Shown here in pieces: positions 29,047 to 38,783 of a DNA stretch of 64,000 nt; position 1 is the first letter of the stretch, and each line of letters starts with the position of its first letter. The notes under the pieces were generated by a model. That model ran no database searches, was not told the DNA's origin, and saw only the letters and a list, made by a program, of their open reading frames with translations. The position numbers were made by a program, and so were the translations under genes. The DNA is taken from NCBI GenBank assembly GCA_025457915.1, contig JALOTL010000005.1, positions 68,852 to 132,851 on the forward strand. The letters run 5' to 3'. The DNA is from Spirochaetota bacterium. Its GTDB lineage: Bacteria > Spirochaetota > UBA4802 > UBA5550.

Positions 29047-29451
29047 ATAGTAGTAACTGTATTTTTTTGTGCAAGAACAAACTTATTTTCAGTCAATTTT
29101 TAATATGATAATTTTTAAAACAGTTATATTGTGCGTTCGGCAGGCAGCAGGTTGTGGAAAATCATTTTTTATCTTTTATGCATTAAGCCGGACAAGAAAA
29201 GGGACCCGTGGGCGATCGGGGGCGGAACTGTTCAATACAAATAAAAAACTTTACCAGCAGTGAATTAATGAAATATGTACTTACTGAACGGGCCCGCTCA
29301 AAGTCTGTTTTTCATGGAACATGTCTTAATTTTTTAAAGTCAGCTGGATTTGAAAAATCGTCAGATAGGATTTAAAGGTAATGGATTTGATCGCCGGTGC
29401 ATTATTTGGACAACAGGATTTTAGTGATTACTCGTAAGAATTTATATTATG

Positions 29452-29686
29452 GGCACCTCAATGAACTAGATTTTTCATTATAAAGCCGCAGAAAAAATCT
29501 GATGGGTGATCATAACAACTACCGTTTTTGTGCCTATCATAGGGCGATAGTATTGAAAAAACCAGCTTGTTTGTTAGTATTAAAATAAAAAAGCTGGTTT
29601 TTTTTAACCGCCCTGATTTATACATTGAAAGTGCCGACAAGGGAACGTCCTGATTTGATTATTAGAGGTTCCCTTATTTATATTCT
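29452..29686 (+). repeat. Copy B of the structured intergenic repeat; carries a 109-bp insertion (29504..29612) flanked by 5-bp direct repeat CTGAT that contains a bidirectional terminator hairpin (ccagctt...aagctgg plus T9)
   Basis: Alignment with copy A: GGCACCTC..., the core motif ...GATTTATACATTGAAaGTGCCgaCAaGGGAACgTCCTGATTTGATTATTAGAGGTTcCCTTAT, and TATTC at the end of both copies. The insertion breaks the A-like AAAAAATCT|AATTTATAC junction. Confidence 0.6.
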
Positions 29687-30360
29687 ATCCTGTTTACTGT
29701 ATTTCGCGGGTATTTTTCCTCTCCCAGTATGGTTTTGATGACGATTAAATTGTTCGAATCTGAAACGAGAATGCCGGATCTCTGCGTGCCGTCTATTAAA
29801 ACCACTTTCACATCATTGCTTGATTCGCGGATCCTTATGATTTTATTTACCGGAATCCTGTAGGTCATGATCTTGCTGGTCAGATAAATATCCCCGGTCA
29901 TCAATTCTATGCCGGTTATTATGCCGAAAAGCTCGGAATCATCAGGCATGTTCACCTCGAATTTTTTTTCGGATGTGATTTGAATCGTATCGCCTTCTAT
30001 GCTTTTGACCCTGCACTTGATGACCAGGTTCGTCCCCTTGAAGCTGTAATTAACGATCGTTCCTTCCTCGTCCAGCGGGTATGCGAATCTGATTGAATCA
30101 GAAATTCTTTTATAAATTTTACCGGTCGACTTGTCCGAAATCAGCAGCCTGGCGTATTCTTCATCTCCGGAATATTCCTTGATAATAAAAGATCCGGATG
30201 AATCGGAAAATTTTATGGCAACGGGTTTTCCGGCTTTATATGCTTTAACAAGCACCTTGTTTTTATCCATGTAGCTCTGGATAATGGACGTGGTTTTACA
30301 TCCCGGAAGAGGGAGTAATGCAACTGACAGGAAAATAAAAAAAATATATTTTTGTTTCAT
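29674..30360 (-). CDS. Hypothetical lipoprotein (shares a C-terminal ~40-aa module with the upstream FecR-domain protein)
   Basis: Lipobox LPGC. The C-terminal LIDGTQRSGILVSDSNNLIVIKTILGEEKYPRNTVNRIEY resembles LKDGRQIHGMIIERGQKYMIQTPSGNVTVQREDIVSQTI in the 30376..31326 protein. Confidence 0.45.
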   Translation of the reverse strand: MKQKYIFFIFLSVALLPLPGCKTTSIIQSYMDKNKVLVKAYKAGKPVAIKFSDSSGSFIIKEYSGDEEYARLLISDKSTGKIYKRISDSIRFAYPLDEEGTIVNYSFKGTNLVIKCRVKSIEGDTIQITSEKKFEVNMPDDSELFGIITGIELMTGDIYLTSKIMTYRIPVNKIIRIRESSNDVKVVLIDGTQRSGILVSDSNNLIVIKTILGEEKYPRNTVNRIEYK

Positions 30361-30375
30361 TTGAAATAATCTCCA

Positions 30376-31326
30376 TTAATATGTAATCGTCTGGGAAACT
30401 ATATCCTCCCTCTGCACGGTGACATTTCCAGATGGGGTCTGTATCATGTACTTCTGGCCCCTTTCAATGATCATGCCGTGGATCTGTCTGCCGTCCTTGA
30501 GTTTGATCAGGTCCAGTTTCCCGTTATTTTTTATTTTGATTTCCTGCAGCTTTTTCGTGAAGGTTTTTTCAGCTTCGTCTTCTTTTGGAATAATCGAATC
30601 TGTTGTTTCTTTTTTTACAGAAGGTTCCGTGTTTTTATCGCTGTTGATCCGGGTATCAGGTTTTGTTTCCCTGAAATCAACCGAATCCATTTGTTTCAGT
30701 TCGGAAAGCTCTTTCTCCTTTATACCGACTGGCTTGATTTCAGTTGAAGGGGTTATGTCCGCCTTTTCACCCCCCCTGATTCTGATATCATTTTCAAGTT
30801 TTATCAATTTACTCTCCGGTTCACCGCTCCTAGCAAGGGTGACAATCCCGCTGAGTACGCTGATGCTTGTTTTACCAGCATTCCTGTCAAACGATAGTGT
30901 AAAGGATGTGCCCCTTACCGAGGCAACAACGGTCGGTGTTTTTATGCTGAAATCGGATCCTTTTTTAACAAGTTTGCTGAAAGATGTGCCGTTTTCCTGC
31001 CGTAGGCCTATTTTATTAACCTGGATAGCGACATTTTCAATTTTCAATATTGTATTGCTTTTAATGGTCACCAGGGCCAGATCCCCGAATTGTATGACAG
31101 CAATGGAATTATCACCTGTCTTTATTATATCGGAGGGCCTTACTTCTTCACCGGTTTTTACGGTTTTACCGTTTAATAGAACAGTCCCCTGCGTCATAAT
31201 AATAAAACCGGTATCCGGGGCTCCTTTTTTGCAGTTAAAGCCTGTAATTAATACGGCTATGATTAAAAATATAACAGCTTTTTTATTCATGGATGATGAC
31301 TTGTTTTTCATTTTTTTCTCCGGCAT
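30376..31326 (-). CDS. Lipoprotein with a FecR-like domain
   Basis: Lipobox GFNC. FecR-like beta-sandwich pattern (GTVLLNGKTV...IAVIQFGDLALVTIKSNTIL...VASVRGTSFTLSFD). Confidence 0.5.
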   Translation of the reverse strand: MPEKKMKNKSSSMNKKAVIFLIIAVLITGFNCKKGAPDTGFIIMTQGTVLLNGKTVKTGEEVRPSDIIKTGDNSIAVIQFGDLALVTIKSNTILKIENVAIQVNKIGLRQENGTSFSKLVKKGSDFSIKTPTVVASVRGTSFTLSFDRNAGKTSISVLSGIVTLARSGEPESKLIKLENDIRIRGGEKADITPSTEIKPVGIKEKELSELKQMDSVDFRETKPDTRINSDKNTEPSVKKETTDSIIPKEDEAEKTFTKKLQEIKIKNNGKLDLIKLKDGRQIHGMIIERGQKYMIQTPSGNVTVQREDIVSQTITY

Positions 31327-31518
31327 CAGGGTGTAATATTTATTTAAAAACGCACTGTTGAAAAATCAACTCTAAAATAACGATTTTTGGCCCTGTCGAT
31401 ATTAAAATTTAAATTATTCAATTTTGGATAATATAATTTTAGAATAAAAAAAACCTGCCTGAATCTGCCTGTAAAGTTCGATCTGCAGATTTATAAGCGG
31501 ATGGAAAAAGAAATATGC

Positions 31519-32433
31519 TTAAATGGTATTACTGTCAGCTGATATCTTTACGCTGATTTTTACGAAAATATACGGTGCTAAGAATGTTATCCAGAATCCC
31601 ATCAGCCAGTTTATAATGAATCCGTTCAGGATCGTGCCGGCCAGTGCTTCGGTAAGTCCGAACAGAATCGCCGCAAGCCCGGAGATGCCGATCAGGGTCT
31701 TGGCCACCGCGAATCCGACAGATCCCCTCGGTTCGAAATTGAATCTGCCACCGGCTGTCAGATGACCGATGGAGATGCCGGAAAGCATGCCCATCACCAT
31801 GTTAAGATGATAACCCGGCAGAAAGTTGAAAACCAGAACCGGAACCAGGATCGCCAGGCATGGTATGACCACGCTCCATTTTTTCTGCATGTTTTTTTCG
31901 ATAAAATAAAGAGCGGCAGCAAGGACCGGTATTATCATCATGGAAAGGATCGCGCCGCCGGCCAGGTCGCCGGGGTAATGGACCCCCAGATAAATTCTGG
32001 AAAACGGTACAATCAGCATCATGATGATGCCGGTAATAATAACTGGCATGGACCTCAAGTAATAAATTGAAGACAGCCAGAAGGAGAAGGTGTTCTGGGT
32101 GTGCCCGCTCGGGAATCCGTATCCGCCGACGTGAGAGGAATCCCTGAGGGATTTAATTTCATGCGCAAGTTTTGCAGTGTCCGGTCTCGGGCTGGTGAAT
32201 ATTTCTTTCGCGATATCGTTGACGGCCGCGGAGACGAGGAGTACTATGCCGAGTTTGATCCCGGTTTTTTTGTCCCAGCACCAGTATACTATGGAAAAAA
32301 TGCATATAAAAAAAAGCTCGGCGCCCATCATGGATATGATCTTCATTGCTTGATCCAGCCATGGCCCGAGGTCCGGGTGCAGGATATTTATGGTTTCCTC
32401 GCTGAAAAGCGCTCCCTGGAAAAACATTTCCAT
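31519..32433 (-). CDS. PAP2-family (type 2 phosphatidic acid phosphatase-like) membrane phosphatase
   Basis: The three PAP2 motifs: KEIFTSPRP (KxxxxxxRP), FPSGHT (PSGH) and SRIYLGVHYPGD (SRxxxxxHxxxD). Multiple transmembrane helices. Confidence 0.8.
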   Translation of the reverse strand: MEMFFQGALFSEETINILHPDLGPWLDQAMKIISMMGAELFFICIFSIVYWCWDKKTGIKLGIVLLVSAAVNDIAKEIFTSPRPDTAKLAHEIKSLRDSSHVGGYGFPSGHTQNTFSFWLSSIYYLRSMPVIITGIIMMLIVPFSRIYLGVHYPGDLAGGAILSMMIIPVLAAALYFIEKNMQKKWSVVIPCLAILVPVLVFNFLPGYHLNMVMGMLSGISIGHLTAGGRFNFEPRGSVGFAVAKTLIGISGLAAILFGLTEALAGTILNGFIINWLMGFWITFLAPYIFVKISVKISADSNTI

Positions 32434-32447
32434 ACGCAGCCGTTCCT

Positions 32448-33257
32448 TTAAATCCCGGATTTTTTTCTTAGTTCTTCCACCGGAAGGGTGAGCATGACCG
32501 TTGTGTTTATGGAGGAAATGATGGTAACAGCCCTGTTGACGTCCAGTCCCCAGTTTGCAAGGATCACGTCGATTTTGGCATATCCCAGCCCGAAACCTGA
32601 TTCGCTGGTATCAAGGTTGTCAATGAAGAACTCATGCTCCCTTCCCTCATCCTTGTATCTCTGGTGTTCTTCACGTTTTTTATAGATCCGCTGGAGGTCT
32701 CCGGTGAGAATCGGGGCGGTATTCGTTATCTCTATGTATATGAAGTCTTTGTCGGCCTGGATCTTGAGGATTATTTTTATGCCCCTTTCCTTAATTTTAT
32801 TTCTTATAATTGTGATCAGTCTGAGGCTGGCGATTTTTTCCTTATCTTCGTCAGTGAAAGGTTTGCCTTCTTTATAAGCCCGGTTTTTTATCGTCAGCAG
32901 TTTGGATTCCTGGTTGAGTATTTCCCGTACTATGGCGGATACGTCTTCAGTTTTCACGATTTCAGCCGCCAGTGAATCGAATTTTTTTTGGTCTTTTATT
33001 ATTTCACCGATTTCAAGTTCGATTTCAGAGTCCTTTTTGCCGGGGTTGTTGTTTTGAATTGAATCAAAGATGCCGTCTCTTATCATGAGGAATTTGTAAT
33101 TGGCTTTGACGGCATTTTTTATAAGTTCGTCGACGCAGGAAAACAGTTCGCTTGAAAGGGCCTCCAGTCCGGCCGCCTTTAGGAACTGCATGCCGGCCTC
33201 GATAATTTTGTCCCTGGCCTTGAAGCTGTAAGTCTGTATGTATCCGGTTATTTTCAT
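32448..33257 (-). CDS. Hypothetical protein, possibly a GHKL-type ATP-binding fold (anti-sigma-factor/Ser-kinase-like)
   Basis: An N-box-like ELIKNAVKAN and a G2-like ESGFGLGYAKIDV. The match is weak and the middle region is K/E-rich. Confidence 0.3.
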   Translation of the reverse strand: MKITGYIQTYSFKARDKIIEAGMQFLKAAGLEALSSELFSCVDELIKNAVKANYKFLMIRDGIFDSIQNNNPGKKDSEIELEIGEIIKDQKKFDSLAAEIVKTEDVSAIVREILNQESKLLTIKNRAYKEGKPFTDEDKEKIASLRLITIIRNKIKERGIKIILKIQADKDFIYIEITNTAPILTGDLQRIYKKREEHQRYKDEGREHEFFIDNLDTSESGFGLGYAKIDVILANWGLDVNRAVTIISSINTTVMLTLPVEELRKKSGI

Positions 33258-33464
33258 TTTTAATTCAAGCCGATGTATCTGATTGCGGCCGTATGATTAG
33301 ACAGCATCTCAATGAAAAGCGGTGTTAGCAATCTTTTTTTATAGAAAAGCGCCAAAATATATTGACATTATTTATAATAATCAGGATTTTGTATATGCCG
33401 ATAGTATTACTGAAAAACGATCGGCGGATGAATATTTAAATAGAAGCGCTGCAAGGAATCAAAT

Positions 33465-33533
33465 ATGATATACAAGAACATCACCCTCCTCGGTCTCCTG
33501 CTATGCCAGATTATACCCGGTGGCGGTTCTTGA
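33465..33533 (+). CDS. Leucine-rich leader peptide (MIYKNITLLGLLLCQIIPGGGS) of a putative leuA transcription attenuator
   Basis: 22-codon ORF with five Leu codons in a seven-codon stretch (CTC CTC GGT CTC CTG CTA). It lies ~30 nt upstream of a terminator hairpin and ~110 nt upstream of leuA. Confidence 0.45.
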   Translation: MIYKNITLLGLLLCQIIPGGGS

Positions 33534-33560
33534 TGTTTCATTGCATTACAAGGAAAATAT

Positions 33561-33597
33561 AAAAGGCCGTCACTGAAAAATGACGGCCTTTTTTTTC
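33561..33597 (+). terminator. Attenuator/terminator hairpin (ggccgtcactgaaaaatgacggcc plus T8) in the leuA leader
   Basis: Perfect 9-bp stem followed by a T-run. Lies between the leader peptide and leuA. Confidence 0.6.
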
Positions 33598-33644
33598 GAT
33601 TGAATGAATTTTACGTTTTAAAATTTTTTTCACGGGGGATCAAA

Positions 33645-35228
33645 ATGAGCGGCAATGACAAGATTTATATTTTCGATACTACGTTGAGGGACGGCGAGCA
33701 ATCTCCGGGATTCAGCATGAATATAGAGGAAAAGGTGCTGTTTGCCGAACAGCTCGTAAGGCTCGGCGTGGATGCCATAGAGGCCGGTTTTCCTGTCATA
33801 TCCGACGGAGATTTCGAGTCTGTGCAGAAGATATCAAGAAGGCTGAAGGGGGTCCAGGTGGTGGGACTGGCCAGGGCAAACTCGAAGGATATAGATTCCG
33901 CATGGGGGGCGTTAAAGGATGCAGAGAATCCCAGGATACACACATTCATATCCAGCTCGGATATACATATAGAGCACCAGTTTAAAAAAACAAGGGACGA
34001 AGTGCTTGATCTTGCGGTAGCGGCCGTTAAAAGGGCCAGGGGGTATACCGGGAACGTCGAATTCTCGCCCATGGACGCTACCAGGAGCGACCTTTCGTTT
34101 CTTGCCAGGATGGTGGAATCGGTAATCGACGCCGGCGCCACGACCGTCAATATACCGGACACGGTGGGCTACACCATACCATCCGAGTTCAGCAGGATAA
34201 TCAGGTACCTTTTTGAAAATGTCCACAACATAGACAGGGCCGTCATCTCGGTACACTGCCATAACGATCTCGGGCTTGCTGTGGCCAATTCCATAGCGGC
34301 CGTCGAGGCCGGCGCAAGGCAGGTGGAGTGCACGATCAACGGCATAGGCGAAAGGGCCGGCAATACCGCGTTGGAAGAGCTCGTCATGGCGATAAAAACG
34401 AGAAGCGATATCATCAATGCCAGAACGGACATCAATTCAAAGCAGATAATAACGACTTCGAAGCTTCTTTCCAGGATCACGGGGGTTTCGGTCCAGCCGA
34501 ACAAGGCGATCGTGGGAGACAACGCGTTCGCCCATGAATCCGGCATACATCAGGACGGCATGCTGAAAAACAAGATGACGTACGAGATAATGAGGCCCGA
34601 TGACGTGGGTATCGTAAAATCGAAGCTCGTTCTGGGCAAGCATTCGGGAAGGCACGCCGTCCTTGACAGGCTCAAGGACCTCGGATTCGAGATGTCCCAG
34701 GACGAACTGGACAGGTTTTTCAAATACTTCAAGGCCCTGGCGGACAAGAAAAAGGAGATTTTCGACGAAGACCTCATCGCCCTTATAAGCGAAGCGATAT
34801 ACAGGGACGAGGAAAAAAGGAGATTCAAGGTCCAGAACGTCCAGATATCTACCGGTATGTATTCCCCTCCGATGACCATGGTCACCCTGAAGGACCACTA
34901 TAACAACAACGCGGAGGTGTTCGAGGTCGCCCACGGCAACGGGGGAGTGGATGCGGGCATACAGGCAGTGAAGAAGATTACCGGCACCGAGGCATTCATC
35001 AAATCCTTTAATCTTGTCGCCATAACCGGAGGGTCCGACGCCCTCTCGGAGGTATCGGTTACGGTCGTCGAGAATTACGGGGGGAAGGAATTGAAGGTCT
35101 TCGGAAGCGGTGTGAGCGTTGACGTTTCCATAGCCGGCATTCTTTCTTTCGTTGATGCGCTCAACAAGCTGGAATATCTCAAAAAATACAACGGCATCCA
35201 CGGGGATGCCCAAAACGTATCTCTTTAG
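33645..35228 (+). CDS. leuA: 2-isopropylmalate synthase (LeuA family; citramalate synthase not excluded)
   Basis: IYIFDTTLRDGEQSPG, HCHNDLGLAVANS, and a C-terminal LeuA-dimerisation/regulatory domain. The ORF opens at 33600 (TTG), but the ATG at 33645 has a GGGGGA Shine-Dalgarno. Confidence 0.85.
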   Translation: MSGNDKIYIFDTTLRDGEQSPGFSMNIEEKVLFAEQLVRLGVDAIEAGFPVISDGDFESVQKISRRLKGVQVVGLARANSKDIDSAWGALKDAENPRIHTFISSSDIHIEHQFKKTRDEVLDLAVAAVKRARGYTGNVEFSPMDATRSDLSFLARMVESVIDAGATTVNIPDTVGYTIPSEFSRIIRYLFENVHNIDRAVISVHCHNDLGLAVANSIAAVEAGARQVECTINGIGERAGNTALEELVMAIKTRSDIINARTDINSKQIITTSKLLSRITGVSVQPNKAIVGDNAFAHESGIHQDGMLKNKMTYEIMRPDDVGIVKSKLVLGKHSGRHAVLDRLKDLGFEMSQDELDRFFKYFKALADKKKEIFDEDLIALISEAIYRDEEKRRFKVQNVQISTGMYSPPMTMVTLKDHYNNNAEVFEVAHGNGGVDAGIQAVKKITGTEAFIKSFNLVAITGGSDALSEVSVTVVENYGGKELKVFGSGVSVDVSIAGILSFVDALNKLEYLKKYNGIHGDAQNVSL

Positions 35229-35264
35229 AAAAACGGCGCGGGCGGCAGCCCGCGCCTCATCAGT

Positions 35265-36662
35265 TCAGATTGATTTTTTCCTGCCGCCCTTGAGCATGTC
35301 CACCTGTTTTTCGAATTCTTTTTCGTTCCCGGGCTTCCAGTTAGGGCCGTAGAGCTTCCTCAGCATTTTTATCGTCTCGCCCGGCGTCAAACCGGTATTC
35401 TCCTTGTGTCTTTTCCAGAAAGAATCCCACCAGTCAGGCGGTTCGAATTTCGGTCCGTCGTATTCGGTCGGCCTGGCGGTATTGCCGCTGACGACAAGGC
35501 TGCCGACGTAATCGGCGCGTTTGTATACCCTTTTTATCTGTTCTGATATTTCCTTTACATCCGCCTCCGAAACCTGTCCGTTGGAGGTGGCCTTGTAGAA
35601 TTGCACGGTTACCCGTATCGGGTACCTGTCGTCCCTTTCGATCGCGAGTCCGCCAATCTCGGTGAACGGGCCTTCAACCTTGCCGTGCCCGATGACCGCT
35701 GCCTCGACATCGCTCCTCGCGGCTGAAGGTGCGGATTTCATGTACTTGGACGAGTCCTCGCATGCCATTTTGAACCTCATGACCCTCTTCTGTTTCAGCG
35801 GCACCTGTATCAGCATGACCATGTTCATCCCGCTCTCGCTGGCGGCCTCGTGAGAATTGCCGGACTTGGTTTTTTTTGAATTCTTATTGTCCGCAAGAAA
35901 ATCACTGAGCCTTTTTCCCGTCAGCGACGCCCTTTCGCCCTTCTGGTTGAAGAACAGCCTCTGGCCCCAGGTCATTCCGGCCTGGAATGCGTCCCTCTTG
36001 TTGTCTATCACCGTGACGCTCGTGCCCTCTCTGGTCGCGAGAATCGTAAGAACGGCCGGATCGTCGCCGTAGGACTGGTAATTGAAAATCACCGGGTTGA
36101 ACTCGGCGATCCCGTTTTTGGGGACCGGCAGAAAACACGCCTGGGCGCTGACCAGCACGTGGGAATCCCTCTTCGCAAGCAGGGATTTTCCGCTGCCCTT
36201 CCATGTGGAGGGATCGGTCATGTATTTCCTGATGTTTTCGAGGTAGTCCCGGAGGCTGATCCTTGCCGGTTTCTTTCCCTTTTCATTTCCGACGAGAATA
36301 TAGAAATGTTCCGGGCTGATATCCGCGCTTTCATCACTGAAGTTTGGATGCCTTATGACCGGCATGCAGGAAAGGAAGTATTTCCCGGTTTTCGGGTCCT
36401 TCTGCTGTACCTGTATGGTCATATCGCTTATGTTGGGACCGACGCTGGAACCCTTGTATCTGCCGGTATCCTCCCATGTGACATTAAGGATGTTCAGTCC
36501 GAACTTTTGGGCCATTGACTGCGCCTTTGAATCCCCGACCATCGATGCCGTGTTCTGGACGACAGCCCGGTACCCGTCATCTTTTATCCCGGCATCTGCA
36601 GCGGAGAACACCGTACAGAGGATAAGCGTCAGGATGATAATTTGAGGAATTTTGTTTTTCAT
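35265..36662 (-). CDS. Secreted hypothetical protein (465 aa), no recognisable domain
   Basis: Clear signal peptide (MKNKIPQIIILTLILCTVFSAADA) and a long ORF with unbiased composition. No motif recognised. Confidence 0.45.
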   Translation of the reverse strand: MKNKIPQIIILTLILCTVFSAADAGIKDDGYRAVVQNTASMVGDSKAQSMAQKFGLNILNVTWEDTGRYKGSSVGPNISDMTIQVQQKDPKTGKYFLSCMPVIRHPNFSDESADISPEHFYILVGNEKGKKPARISLRDYLENIRKYMTDPSTWKGSGKSLLAKRDSHVLVSAQACFLPVPKNGIAEFNPVIFNYQSYGDDPAVLTILATREGTSVTVIDNKRDAFQAGMTWGQRLFFNQKGERASLTGKRLSDFLADNKNSKKTKSGNSHEAASESGMNMVMLIQVPLKQKRVMRFKMACEDSSKYMKSAPSAARSDVEAAVIGHGKVEGPFTEIGGLAIERDDRYPIRVTVQFYKATSNGQVSEADVKEISEQIKRVYKRADYVGSLVVSGNTARPTEYDGPKFEPPDWWDSFWKRHKENTGLTPGETIKMLRKLYGPNWKPGNEKEFEKQVDMLKGGRKKSI

Positions 36663-36930
36663 AATTGTATCTCCTGGTTTTTCTGAATATTAGATGAACC
36701 AGGAGCGTTACCGGTTCTCGTTTTTTCAGCCACCGGAAGAAAAACGGGCGGGTTTTATGATTATTCGTCATACTTAACAAAAATTAAGCTGTTTGGATGA
36801 TTTTTGCTTGATATTTAGATATTGTTGTAATAGAAGTGACATAATGTTGATCATTTTATTTAATAATTCGTATAATAAATATGAACCGGGGATGGTCATC
36901 CCGGGCGTAAAAAATTCAATGAGGTAAAAG

Positions 36931-38001
36931 ATGTCAGACAAGGAAAACAATCAGAAAAACCAGGCCCTTGAATCTGCGATTATGCAGATTGAAAAGCAAT
37001 TCGGCAAGGGATCCATCATGAGGCTCGGAGACGAATCCACGAGGGTCCAGATCCCGGCCATATCCACCGGGTCGCTCGAGCTTGACATCGCGATAGGAAT
37101 AGGCGGTGTTCCCCGGGGCAGGGTTATAGAAATATACGGTCCTGAATCATCCGGAAAAACAACGCTATCGCTTCACATAATAGCGGAGGCGCAGAAGCTC
37201 GGCGGAATCGCGGCCTTCATAGATGCTGAACACGCGCTTGACCCGGGCTACGCGGCCAAGCTCGGGGTAAAGACCGAGGACCTGCTGGTCTCGCAGCCCG
37301 ACACGGGCGAGGAGTCCCTTGAGATAGCGGAGGCGCTCGTGAGATCCGGCGCCATAGACGTAATCGTGATAGACTCAGTCGCGGCGCTGGTGCCAAAGGC
37401 GGAGATAGACGGAGACATGGGAGACGCGCACATGGGGCTCCAGGCAAGGCTGATGAGCCAGGCCCTCAGGAAGCTGACCGGCGTCATAGCAAAATCCAAG
37501 ACGAGCGTCATTTTTATAAACCAGATAAGGCACAAAATAGGAGTCATGTTCGGATCCCCGGAAACCACAACGGGGGGCAATGCCCTTAAGTTCTATTCAT
37601 CCATAAGGCTAGACATAAGGAGGATCGAGACGATCAAGTCCGGCGAGGAAGCCCTTGGGAACAGGGTCAGGGTAAAGGTCGTGAAGAACAAGGTCGCTCC
37701 CCCCTTCAAACAGGCCGAGTTCGACATCATGTTCGATTCCGGCATCTCGAGGGCGGGCGGGATCCTGGATCTGGGGGTCCAGTTTGAAATCGTTAAAAAA
37801 TCAGGGACCTGGTATTCATACGGTGATGAAAGAATAGGGCAGGGCAGGGAAAACGCGAAGCAGTACCTGAAGGATAATCCCCAGATCGCCGGCGCCATAG
37901 AGCTGAAGATCAAGGCGGCCGCGGGCCTCAGCCCTGAAAACGGAATCCAGGAACCAGGCGAAACAAGGGAAGACAGGGAGCCCAGGGCTGCAGAAGCCTG
38001 A
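36931..38001 (+). CDS. recA: Recombinase RecA
   Basis: [23 protein letters not shown]...[14 protein letters not shown]...[11 protein letters not shown], canonical RecA throughout. Confidence 0.95.
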   Translation: MSDKENNQKNQALESAIMQIEKQFGKGSIMRLGDESTRVQIPAISTGSLELDIAIGIGGVPRGRVIEIYGPESSGKTTLSLHIIAEAQKLGGIAAFIDAEHALDPGYAAKLGVKTEDLLVSQPDTGEESLEIAEALVRSGAIDVIVIDSVAALVPKAEIDGDMGDAHMGLQARLMSQALRKLTGVIAKSKTSVIFINQIRHKIGVMFGSPETTTGGNALKFYSSIRLDIRRIETIKSGEEALGNRVRVKVVKNKVAPPFKQAEFDIMFDSGISRAGGILDLGVQFEIVKKSGTWYSYGDERIGQGRENAKQYLKDNPQIAGAIELKIKAAAGLSPENGIQEPGETREDREPRAAEA

Positions 38002-38011
38002 TTCCTGCTGT

Positions 38012-38773
38012 TTGATGAGACGCTCCAGTATAAGGCTCAAGACACCCGATGATATCGAAAGAATCGGCGAGGCTGGAAGGATAATTTCCGGAATATTCAG
38101 GGACATATCTAAAATGTCACTGAATGGCGTATCCACCTGGGACCTTGATTTTCATATCGAGGGAATAATATTAAAAAAAAAGGCCAGGCCGGCTTTCAAA
38201 ACGGTGGTGGGCTATAATTCCGCGTCATGCTTATCCATCAACAGCGAAGTGGTCCACGGGGTTCCCGCTAAAAAAAAGAAGATAAAATCAGGCGACATCA
38301 TTAAGATCGACCTGGGCGTCGTGCTTAACGGATATTTCTGCGATGCGTGCCGTACTTTTTGCGTTGACGATATCAGTGAAAATGCCAGGAAGCTTGTTAA
38401 AACCGCTTCCGAATGTCTCGGGTTTGCCGTCGAGGTCATGTCCCCCGGGGCAAGGATCGGCGACATAGGGTGGGCGATTCAGAGCCATGCTGAATCAGCG
38501 GGCTTCAGCGTTGTCAGGGATTACACGGGGCACGGTGTCGGTTATGCGCTCCATGAGCCGCCCGTGGTTCCCCATTACGGTATTAAAGGGAACGGTATGC
38601 CTCTCGAACCGGGACTTGTGCTGGCCGTTGAACCAATGATCAACGAGGGCACGTTCGAGGTCAAAACGCTTGATGACGGATGGACGGCGGTAACAGTTGA
38701 CGGCGGACTGTCCGCCCAGTTTGAACATACAGTGGCGGTAACGGAGAAGGGGCCTCTAATATTAACCGGATGA
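38012..38773 (+). CDS. map: Type I methionine aminopeptidase
   Basis: GDIIKIDLGVVLNGYFCDACRTF...YTGHGVGYALHEPP...AVEPMI metal-binding motifs. Confidence 0.85.
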   Translation: MMRRSSIRLKTPDDIERIGEAGRIISGIFRDISKMSLNGVSTWDLDFHIEGIILKKKARPAFKTVVGYNSASCLSINSEVVHGVPAKKKKIKSGDIIKIDLGVVLNGYFCDACRTFCVDDISENARKLVKTASECLGFAVEVMSPGARIGDIGWAIQSHAESAGFSVVRDYTGHGVGYALHEPPVVPHYGIKGNGMPLEPGLVLAVEPMINEGTFEVKTLDDGWTAVTVDGGLSAQFEHTVAVTEKGPLILTG

Positions 38774-38783
38774 GCTGAAGGCA

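Noticed and set aside
32448-33257. Confident annotation of 32448..33257 as an anti-sigma factor or serine kinase
   Set aside because: Only weak N-box/G2-like resemblance to the GHKL fold, and no partner sigma or anti-anti-sigma gene. Kept as hypothetical with low confidence.
33645-35228. Calling the LeuA-family gene citramalate synthase (cimA) instead of leuA
   Set aside because: Both are similar in length and motifs, and I cannot separate them by eye. The leucine-codon-rich leader peptide upstream favours leuA, so leuA is kept with a caveat.
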